Source: a virus
Virus record (IMG/VR): IMGVR_UViG_3300025151_000022
Coordinates: 24,236 to 88,235 of that record
DNA: 64,000 bases
Reading direction: 5' to 3' (one strand)
The notes under the pieces were generated by a model. It made no database searches and was not told the DNA's origin. It saw only the letters and a program-made list of their open reading frames with translations. Both the position numbers and the translations under genes were made by a program. This document shows positions 18,438-27,900 of this stretch, piece by piece (the first letter of the stretch is position 1; each line of letters starts with the position of its first letter).

Positions 18438-20173
18438 TAGTCAAAAATAGTTAGTTGTCCGAGTACTTTCCATGCATTATTTACTCTAAGCATTGTAAAT
18501 GTTACAGTATCTATATTAAGTGTACTTGGTGTTGGTTGAACTCCACCTTGCCACTTAATCACTTGAGCAACACCATCTATTTTAAATCCACTAGGAACAT
18601 ATCCATTTACTCCTTGATCTAAAATCAAAGTCATTGCTATTGCTCTGTTATTAACAGTTGGTACATTAGTAGCATTAACAGTAAAATTGCCTGCGATTGA
18701 AGTGTGATACCATAATGCACTGGTTTCTAAATCATGTTCAACATCACCACCTCCACCAGCACCGGTTAAGTTTCCAACAACTTCAGTGACCTCATTAATA
18801 TTGAGAAATCCATTAACAGTAACAATGGATGCAGATAGGTTTGCTATTGTAGATATGCCATTTGCATTGAAATTGGCAACAGTAGTAGTTCCAGAAATAT
18901 TAACATTATCTAATTCGGATTGACCATATAATGTATTTCCAGAATCAGAAGATATAAATCTTGCATTACTATTGTTATAAATTTCAATACCGCCATCATG
19001 TGTTATAGAAAGTATATTTTCTGATGTCTGTATTCTTAAATCATTTAATCTTGGATTATCAATGATACTCCTTGTTCCATCGTGATATATTTGTAAATCA
19101 GTATTATCACCCAAAAGAATTTTCCCATTATCAGAGAATGTAGCTGTAATAAAACCTACTGTATCTGAAAATGTAGAAACTCCACTTACTTCTAAACCAC
19201 CGTTTAAAGATGCTGTAGCACCTACAGTAAAACTACCACTAGCAGAAAAATTACCCGTCGTAGCAGGTCCAGTAACAGTTAAACTATCCGCATTGATATG
19301 GATAAGATCAATTTCACCAACGTTAAATGGTGCCGCATCAATCCAGAATTGAGCAGTGCCTACTCCAGCAATTGCCTCATCGTAATAGACATAAGTTCTT
19401 CCATCAACAACATTATACCAAAGGTCTCCCCCATCTGGATCTGATGGTGCCTCAGTTCCAATACCAACAGTTGATTCTCCAGCACCTTCAAAATATACGG
19501 TTCCAATTCCAGAATCATAATATACAGTTGCAACACCAACTCCTCTGAAATCAAATAAAGTAACAGCAGCACCAACTAATGTACCAGGAACAGTAATATC
19601 ATGAGGACCAGTTTGAATTCCAATACCATTTAGTTCGGTTACACCTTGAATACCAGCGTATCTACCACCACTAACGTAAATACTTTTTCCACTAAAGTTT
19701 GCTCCATGGGGAAGATTATCTCCCATAAAGTGCAAGACACCTGCTTGATAATCAAAAAACCATTCGTCATTATTTTCAGAACCAGCAGCAAATAATTGAG
19801 TTCCACTTGATGCAGCATTAGCAGCATCTCCAGAAGTATGGAGATATATTTTTACTGCATATGTTGCACCAAATTCTGGTGGAATCCAATCACTATGTCC
19901 AGTTGTCCAAGTTCTATTTAATGTTGCAGTACCATCCGCAGTAGTTTCTACTGGATTTGTTGTTGGGTAAACTGTTACAAGATTTGTACTGCTTGCTGGT
20001 AATGTAGTAGGTACTTCGTCTGATTGTGCCCAGACATTACCACCTCTCATAAGTATGGGACTAGAAATAGACTCATTATTCGCGTGCTTATTAGCACTTA
20101 CATCAGTCTTTGCTTTGCCATAACCAAGTTTTTTCCAAAGATAATCAACTTTTTGGGAATCTGAAATTGCCAT
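18437..20173 (-). CDS. Tail fibre / virion structural protein
   Basis: 578 aa; MAISDSQKVDYLWKKLGYG N-terminus, GDLWY, DLQIYHDG and VSGVSTF motifs; C-terminal KWQGGxxP domain. Confidence 0.75.
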   Translation of the reverse strand: MAISDSQKVDYLWKKLGYGKAKTDVSANKHANNESISSPILMRGGNVWAQSDEVPTTLPASSTNLVTVYPTTNPVETTADGTATLNRTWTTGHSDWIPPEFGATYAVKIYLHTSGDAANAASSGTQLFAAGSENNDEWFFDYQAGVLHFMGDNLPHGANFSGKSIYVSGGRYAGIQGVTELNGIGIQTGPHDITVPGTLVGAAVTLFDFRGVGVATVYYDSGIGTVYFEGAGESTVGIGTEAPSDPDGGDLWYNVVDGRTYVYYDEAIAGVGTAQFWIDAAPFNVGEIDLIHINADSLTVTGPATTGNFSASGSFTVGATASLNGGLEVSGVSTFSDTVGFITATFSDNGKILLGDNTDLQIYHDGTRSIIDNPRLNDLRIQTSENILSITHDGGIEIYNNSNARFISSDSGNTLYGQSELDNVNISGTTTVANFNANGISTIANLSASIVTVNGFLNINEVTEVVGNLTGAGGGGDVEHDLETSALWYHTSIAGNFTVNATNVPTVNNRAIAMTLILDQGVNGYVPSGFKIDGVAQVIKWQGGVQPTPSTLNIDTVTFTMLRVNNAWKVLGQLTIFD

Positions 20174-20189
20174 TTTTTTAAATAATCTC

Positions 20190-23100
20190 CTAACTTATGC
20201 TGAGGCTTGATACGGTTTGACCTGTGTTTAGGGCAATTCTAACTAAAACAACATTACCAGTAGCATTACTCATGTTTTCACTTCCCAAAGTCAATGTGAA
20301 TGCATCATTTATTGCTGATCCTGTTGTAACTCTGTCACCAGAAGTAAAGGCACAACCATCACTTCCATTACCACCAGCACCAGATCCTGGAACGCCAGAA
20401 CCAGCATATGTGACACTGGCATTTAGCCATCCATTTAAACCACTAGTACTATCTATTTGAGTTCCTGGTGCAGCAATCCAAAGACCATGAATACCAGTAG
20501 AACTATTAATATTTACAGTAAAGTTTGCAACTAATTGTCTTCTAAATGCAAAAGTAAAATATTGAGTTCCTGTATCAAGAGTTCTATCTGGTCCTACTGG
20601 TAAATATCCATCAGAATAATCAGTAACATCATACTTCAGGACGCCAAATCTGACGGTCGCTTCTTTAGTTCCTGATACTCCAGGATCAGAAGACTCAGTG
20701 TATGGATTATTAGTATAGAAATTAGTGGATCCATTAAATGATGGATTATCTGTAGTTGCTGCGTTAAAATCAAAAATTCTAACACCATCATCATCAAAAA
20801 CTGATCCTAGCGCATCAGCGACAGGAACTGCAATTTCACTAATTCCACTCTGTGATGCAGTATGAACATTAATTTTAGTAGGAAGATCACTTGTATATGA
20901 ACCAAATCCATTATTATTTTGTGCGCGAATCTTTAATTTATTGACGCACCTAACGTTAGATGTGGTAATATCAACAGGTAAAATGCCAACATTATATTCA
21001 CCAATTGTTCCAACTCCTGCATTTGGTATTCCTCCTGTCAACATTGGAGAAATAAGATTATTGACCTGGGTATAAGAGAAATCACTATTCTGAATAGAAC
21101 TTCCAGTTGTTCCTTCTAAATTAGTAGAGTCGTCAATTTCAATAATATTTGTGACATTTGCATAAGTGTTTCCTGTTAAATTATCTACTGCCAATCCACT
21201 AACTCTAATTTGAGGTGAATTGCTATTATAATATGGAATTCCTGAAATAAATCTTTTTGTTCCTCCACTCAATTCAGTAACTTGTGCTGATGTAATATTA
21301 ACGTTAGGAGTTGCTGTTAGATAGTCGCGCATAAACTCGGCAACATTTGTATTACCACTTTCAGTATGAGTTAGTTGCATACCATTCATACCAAATGGTA
21401 AAGATGAACTAGTAATACCTGCTTTAAATCCTCTAGCAAATCCAGGATAATAAATGCTGTCTGCAAGTGTAAGATCATCACCATCAGCATCTAAAAGTTG
21501 ATAATCTTGTTCGGAGAAAATTATCAAGTCCAGGTAAGTTCCAGATTGATCACCAGTGGTGAGAGTTCTTCCACCACGACCTACTCCATTCACTAATGCC
21601 TGTAAAAATCCACTGTCAGCATTATATGCAAAAGATTGAAGAGGTCCAGCAGTTGCGACTCCAGTTACTCTATTTACAAGATCTCCTGCAGTTAAACTCG
21701 TTCCACCTGGAATATTATCGGCAAATCCAACAGCAAGTCTTGCAGATACTCCAACACTTGCTGGTGGTGGTAAAGTTTTGGTACTTAAATTATTTGGTAA
21801 AGTTGGAGTATCTTCATATACTTTGATTTGTTTTGTACCACTTAGAGGAAGAATTGCTGGATCAGCAGTCGTATGTGTTGCAAGAGTTAAAGTGATTGTA
21901 TCCAATCCAGTGCTCTTTGTACCTTCAACCCACTGATGCCCAAGTCTAGGAGCACTTTCACTGGCTCCGCCACCAACAGTATTACTATTAACAAGAGAAA
22001 TAGCAGATTCATCTCCCCAATTTATGGAATATGTAGGACTTACTCCATTTGATGTTCTTGTAGTATTATTATCTAAGTACAGGTATTCTCCTTCAAGAAC
22101 ATATAGATCGTTTCCTGTAAGTGCAGTTCCTCCAGTGGTTGTTCTGTAAAGTTCAAATGTGACATCAGGATCTGGAGTGTATACAGTAATATAATTGCTT
22201 CTAGTCTGAGTTTGACTACTTCCTGCTCCAGCACCACTACTATCTTTTGCAGTTACTGCAACACTGAAAACTCCTCCAAGAGGATTAGTATAGGTATGAG
22301 ATTTATTAGCAGTAGATTGATTGTAGTCAATATTTCCATCTCCCCAATCATAATCATAGAAGTCAGCATTGCCAGTATGAGTTACTGTTGCAGTAACTGT
22401 AAGTGGAGAACCTCCAGCGAGTGTATTTGCCGAAAAATCAACTTCTGTGACTGTAGTATTCTTAATTATATTAAGTGCCAATTCATTAAGATCATCAATA
22501 CTATCAATTAATTTAGTATTAGATGTAAATGTATTGAGTGCGCCAGGTGTTACTAAATTGCCATCCGTATTTCCAGTGCCAAGTGTTAGATTGCCACCAC
22601 TTCCGGAGTAACTAGTCGCAGAAACAACCCCTACAAAATTTTTCTCAGTAGATGAAATTGTTCCAGATAGTACACCTTTATTATAAAGGTATAAAATATC
22701 TTCATCTGCACTCGCTGTACTTTCTGCAATGATGAATGTATCAGAATCAACGTCTCTTAATCCAGCAAGACTATTCCAAACATTACCCCCACCATATCCT
22801 TCAAATGTGTTGAGAGTATTATTATATCTTATTTGACCTATTTCTGCAGGAGAAGGTCTTTCGGTTGTTGCACCAACTGGAAGTCTAAGAGTTGCAGCAC
22901 TATCAATAACAACTGAAGACTTGAAAGTAGCTAGTTGTTCAACTGTTAATGAATTATCAATACTGGTTTTTCCGCCAATTATAACAGTATCTCCACCTCC
23001 AACAATATTTGCTTCATTGGAATAAACATTAAATACTGTTCCAGATGATCCAACAATAAACTGATCTGTGATAGTAGCTGTATTTGACGCTACTTTTCCT

Positions 23101-23228
23101 TTAACGTCAAGAGTTGCGTTTGGTGTTGTAGACCCAACGCCAACTCTGTTTGTGATAGAATCTGCCACAATGAGGTTTTCATTAACCTCAATACCATTTT
23201 TTACGACAAAATTCTTACTTACTGCCAT
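20190..23228 (-). CDS. Large virion structural/tail fibre protein with PKD-like domains
   Basis: 1012 aa; KNFVVKNGIEV, LPVGATTERP...GQIRYNxxLxxFEGY, YDWGDG and INWGDE (PKD). Confidence 0.75.
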   Translation of the reverse strand: MAVSKNFVVKNGIEVNENLIVADSITNRVGVGSTTPNATLDVKGKVASNTATITDQFIVGSSGTVFNVYSNEANIVGGGDTVIIGGKTSIDNSLTVEQLATFKSSVVIDSAATLRLPVGATTERPSPAEIGQIRYNNTLNTFEGYGGGNVWNSLAGLRDVDSDTFIIAESTASADEDILYLYNKGVLSGTISSTEKNFVGVVSATSYSGSGGNLTLGTGNTDGNLVTPGALNTFTSNTKLIDSIDDLNELALNIIKNTTVTEVDFSANTLAGGSPLTVTATVTHTGNADFYDYDWGDGNIDYNQSTANKSHTYTNPLGGVFSVAVTAKDSSGAGAGSSQTQTRSNYITVYTPDPDVTFELYRTTTGGTALTGNDLYVLEGEYLYLDNNTTRTSNGVSPTYSINWGDESAISLVNSNTVGGGASESAPRLGHQWVEGTKSTGLDTITLTLATHTTADPAILPLSGTKQIKVYEDTPTLPNNLSTKTLPPPASVGVSARLAVGFADNIPGGTSLTAGDLVNRVTGVATAGPLQSFAYNADSGFLQALVNGVGRGGRTLTTGDQSGTYLDLIIFSEQDYQLLDADGDDLTLADSIYYPGFARGFKAGITSSSLPFGMNGMQLTHTESGNTNVAEFMRDYLTATPNVNITSAQVTELSGGTKRFISGIPYYNSNSPQIRVSGLAVDNLTGNTYANVTNIIEIDDSTNLEGTTGSSIQNSDFSYTQVNNLISPMLTGGIPNAGVGTIGEYNVGILPVDITTSNVRCVNKLKIRAQNNNGFGSYTSDLPTKINVHTASQSGISEIAVPVADALGSVFDDDGVRIFDFNAATTDNPSFNGSTNFYTNNPYTESSDPGVSGTKEATVRFGVLKYDVTDYSDGYLPVGPDRTLDTGTQYFTFAFRRQLVANFTVNINSSTGIHGLWIAAPGTQIDSTSGLNGWLNASVTYAGSGVPGSGAGGNGSDGCAFTSGDRVTTGSAINDAFTLTLGSENMSNATGNVVLVRIALNTGQTVSSLSIS

Positions 23229-23260
23229 TTCGGGTTCACTCTCCCCCGCTTAGTTTTTAT

Positions 23261-23268
23261 TATTTATA
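23261..23268 (-). promoter_or_regulatory. T4-type late promoter TATAAATA
   Basis: Exact TATAAATA upstream of the 23228 start. Confidence 0.7.
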
Positions 23269-24921
23269 CTAGGTTAAAGTACTACCATAATCTTCAATTT
23301 TTATATAACCATAATCATTATTACCACCAACAGTTGAAGAAATTATAGTAATTTCTCCGTTAGAATATCCAGATCCACCTCCACCACCGGATCCATCTGA
23401 TAATGCCGCTGATCCACCTTCAACTCCAGCGCCACCACCTCCTTGATTTCCACTACCATTACCACCGTTTCTTCTAAAATTTCCTCCTGCTTTATAACCC
23501 CTATCTATCTGTGCAGTTTGTGCAATCTCAGTTCCACTAGAGTTTCTATACTTTATATTACCTAAGTTTTGACATTGAGAATATCCTTGATTCGCCCAGT
23601 AATCACCTACAGTACATGTTGAAAGTTTTCCTCCAACTATATTATTTGAATTATTGCTATACGATGTAGTGTTATTAAAGTTCACTGTTTTTGCATACGA
23701 TCCAACGTCATCTAATACACCAATATTAAATCTTACTCCTCCATTTCCACCATTTCTTCCTACACCATCTTCTCCAGCAAGATTTACTCCACCACCATCA
23801 CCACCTCTATTATTTTGTCCGCCACCGCCACCTCCGCCGCAGACTGCAACTAAGTTTGCTCTTCTATGAAAAATGGATGCTCCTCCCCCACCAACAACTC
23901 CACCAAAATCATTACTGCCGCCAACTGAATATGGAACGCCAAGTCTAATGAAGTATTCTTCATCTTGATTTAAAGTTAATCGGAAAGAAGATAATCCACC
24001 CTCACCACCACGATTTCCATTTTTAGTATCGCCCTTAGAACCACCCAAAGTAATAAGAACATCAACATCTTTCTCTGTTGGATATATTACAACAGATCTT
24101 TCGTCAGAGTCATTTGCGTCAAATTCTAAGAATCCTTGATTGACTAAATCTTTAACTCCTCCACCATTCCAAGAAGAATCTACTAGTTCATATGCAAGTA
24201 TAGACCTTGCAGAAACAACATTTAATAATATGTCATTACTTACTACTTGAGAAGGTATTGCGTTTGGATTTGATACTGTGCAATTTACAAGATAAGTTCC
24301 AATGCCAAGATTTTGCCCATCAATGTCCCCTGTCGTAACTGTATATGTTGTTGATTGATCACCACTAGCATATGCAGGTTCATTTATGATTTGCCCATCA
24401 ATTCTCCATTGATATGATAATGCACTATCATCCGTGATAGTTGCAGATACATTAAATGTTGCATTTTGGTTTTCTGCAGTAGTTACTGTAGTCGCAGCAA
24501 CAGATACTCCTATTTCGGGTGCAGTAATTACAATAGCTACATCAGAATTTTTCGGATCTACTACTGCATTTCCAGTTGTTCCATTTGCATATGCTGAAGG
24601 AATATAGTCTGCACGAAGAAAAAATTGATCTTGGGCGTTGTTGGGGTTTAGAAGATTTGTGACCGTAAGACTTGTAGTTGCTGATCCAACTACGTTATTA
24701 CTATCGATTAAAGGTCCGCTATTGTTATACCACTGATAAACAATTGATCCAGTATTTGATGATCTCTCTGTTTGCCCCTCTGGAAATATTGCAGTAGCAA
24801 ATCCAGATAGTGTTACAGAACCTCGATGGTTTGTCGTAAGTCCGACAGGATTTTCGGTGAAGACTATCGTTGGACCATTAAGATCCAACGTTGTGTTTAC
24901 TTTGGGGAATAACTCACTCAT
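23269..24921 (-). CDS. Ig-like plus glycine-rich domain protein (gp38-adhesin-like tip protein)
   Basis: 550 aa; two Ig-type YQW modules followed by many GGGGG/GGxGG runs; ATGA overlap with the upstream fibre gene. Confidence 0.65.
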   Translation of the reverse strand: MSELFPKVNTTLDLNGPTIVFTENPVGLTTNHRGSVTLSGFATAIFPEGQTERSSNTGSIVYQWYNNSGPLIDSNNVVGSATTSLTVTNLLNPNNAQDQFFLRADYIPSAYANGTTGNAVVDPKNSDVAIVITAPEIGVSVAATTVTTAENQNATFNVSATITDDSALSYQWRIDGQIINEPAYASGDQSTTYTVTTGDIDGQNLGIGTYLVNCTVSNPNAIPSQVVSNDILLNVVSARSILAYELVDSSWNGGGVKDLVNQGFLEFDANDSDERSVVIYPTEKDVDVLITLGGSKGDTKNGNRGGEGGLSSFRLTLNQDEEYFIRLGVPYSVGGSNDFGGVVGGGGASIFHRRANLVAVCGGGGGGGQNNRGGDGGGVNLAGEDGVGRNGGNGGVRFNIGVLDDVGSYAKTVNFNNTTSYSNNSNNIVGGKLSTCTVGDYWANQGYSQCQNLGNIKYRNSSGTEIAQTAQIDRGYKAGGNFRRNGGNGSGNQGGGGAGVEGGSAALSDGSGGGGGSGYSNGEITIISSTVGGNNDYGYIKIEDYGSTLT

Positions 24922-27900
24922 GAGAAGTTTTGACCTCCGATGACTCCATAGAGAACTCTTTGAGTTTCTAATGTTTGACCATTAAGAATCTTGAATGAGT
25001 AGATGTCAACGGCATTAGCAGCATTCGTTACGATTGGAACAACTCCTCCTGGCCACTTAACATCAACAACAGCACCATTACTTTGCATCTTAAATGAATC
25101 AATAGCAATATTCTTCGGAGGATTTGTATTTGTCACAACTAAAGTGAACGTACTACTACCATGCGGCGGATTTGCAACAATAAAGTCAGTAATATTTCCT
25201 GCACCACCTCCAACATAGAAAGTTTGTGCCAAACTAAGGTCGAGAGTGACTTCACCAGAAACTGAATTAACTGTTCTAGAGTCCTCGGACTGAGTTCTAA
25301 TTCTTGCATGACCAAGAATGTCAACATCTGCTCTTGGTGCCGTTGTGCCGATTCCTAGATGTCCATCCGACTTAACAACTAAAAGATCACTTCCACTACC
25401 AACTTGGAAAGATGCCAACTCTGTAGGAGTTTGAGTTCCAACAGAAATTTGTGAAGCACGAATCAATCCTGAAGTAACATTGTCAATCGTATAGGTTCCT
25501 ACAGCAGTCAATGCTCCACCAACTGCTACTGCATTAGCAGTAAGAGTATCGGTAAATTCAGATTTGCCATTTACTTGGAAGGTCTTCGTAGTTTGTCCAA
25601 CATGACCAACTTCTAAGACAAATCTTGGTGTTGTGGTACCAATTCCAACATTTTTACTTAAATCACTATTATAGAGAGCATCAGTAGCATTGTCCCATCC
25701 AGTTGCTGCAGCATTTAAATTTGTCAAATACTGACCAGAACCAACAAATTCAGATGCAGTAATTATTCCAGAAATATTAGCATTACCAATTACATTCAGA
25801 GAATAACCAGAAGCAGTAGTTCCAATTCCAACACCATCTTCATTAACAGTGAATATGTCAGAACCAACTCTTAAGAGAGAATTTAAAACACTAGTTGCTC
25901 CGATTCCCAATTTATCAAGAGTGCTAATATCAAGGTCTTTGGAAAGACTTACATTGCCAAATCTTCTCCAATCATTTGCTTGTGTGTAAATCCATCCAAC
26001 ATATCCACCCTCATCTGGATTTGCATAGTAAACAACATCACCTGGGTTTCCAGAAAGAACTGGAGTGGAAATTCCTACAGTTTGCTTTCTAGAAACCGTG
26101 GCATCACCCTGAAGGAATAATGAATTTGCTTCAATACCTTTAGGAGAGTTTGAAGTAATCTTATTATTAACAATCAGAGGACCATTAAATTCAGATGCAA
26201 CCTTGTTGTCTGCACCACCCTCAACACGAATTGATCTACTAAAAGATCCTTCAACAGGGCTAATTACATTAAGTGCAGGTACGTTTGAAATATCTTCACC
26301 AGTGATTGTTTTAATAGGAGTGTCAAAGATTTCTTCACTTCCAGTAATTGTGCTTAATTTTTTATTACCAGAGTAGGAAATACCCTTATCATTCATTCCG
26401 GTGTAGAAATTGATTCCACCTTCTCTCTTAGTTGATTGTGCTAAGAGTTCTTCATCTGCACTGATTTGTCTATCTTGCTTATCTGGTAATGCAGTTGAGT
26501 AATTACCAGGACCGAATCCAACATATTCAAAAGTATGACCAGAAGCACGAATAATCGAGTGTCTTCTAAATTCAACGGGATTTATAAAAATCTTTCTGAC
26601 AACTGAATTTGCGGCATGTGCCTTTCTTCTTGTTCCCAGAACACCACGGAAAACAGTTAAAGGATTCAATCCCGTAACAGTTGTTTTAATCCTTACAATT
26701 TCATCTTCAATCGCAAGATAATCTCCAATATTAACATCGAGTTGTGCTATTCCAGATAGAGAAATATTTTCGTCTGATGGACTTGAAATTGTTGCAGAAA
26801 GCGTAGTTGTTATACCTGCATAATTTGCAACCATTCTTCCATTGAGATTTTCATTATCAACTGTGATAATGCCATCATTGGACGAAACACCTTCTCTGTA
26901 AGCAAAGATTGTGCCAGTTGCGGATGGAGATGCAGTTCCTACACCAATTCTAACTGAGAATGAATAAGTAGGAAGTGATAAATCGTCAAGAATTTCTGTA
27001 ACAATAAAATCACCATTATATTGAGATTGATTTGCTCCAGTTAATTTAACTTTTTGGTCAACAGCAAGTCCATGTGCATTTGAAGAAGTTACAGTTGCAA
27101 TACCAGAAGTATGATCATAAGTTAAACCAGAAACTCTTATTGATTCTCCCGTTAAGTATCCATATGCCTCAGCACATGCTGTAACACCGAGACCCAAGAC
27201 AGATCTGTTTACATTATTATTAACAGATACTGCATTAAAAGTTTTATCTGATGTAACACTAGTGATTCTGTAAAGATCATTGAATTTTGAATATCCTTCA
27301 GATGAAATACCAATTACTTTAACAGTATCTCCAACATTACTGTAAACTGAATCAACACGAACTACTGCTTCAGAGAAACCTGTTGTTTGAGCAACTCCAG
27401 CAACAGTTAAAGTATTACCAACACCATATGCACTACCACCATCCATCAATTTAACAGCAGTAATTGTACCACTACCATTTACAGTAATTTTAGCAGTAGC
27501 ATGTTTACCATCACTAGCACCACCAACTAATCTTGCATTGTAAATATTTGCTGGTGCTCCAGAACCGTATCCAGAACCAGCATTAACAATACTCAAGCTA
27601 GTAGCTCTATTAAAACCATGATCTACTTGAGTGTAAATTGTATGAGCAGTTCCTGACTGAGAAGCAAGATCAGTTATACCAAAACCAATATTAACGTCAC
27701 GAACAAATTTATTTGTAGTTTCTTTGGTTACACTCTTCTTGGGATCATTTACAACAACTTCACCAATCAATCCAGAAGATGCAAAACATTTGGATTCGTC
27801 TGGATCTGCATTTGGAGTATCTCTGTCAGTTTGTGGGAAAAGATTCTTAACTGGTTGAGAGAATTTTTCTTCAGTAAATGGTGTTACGGTTGGAGAATTG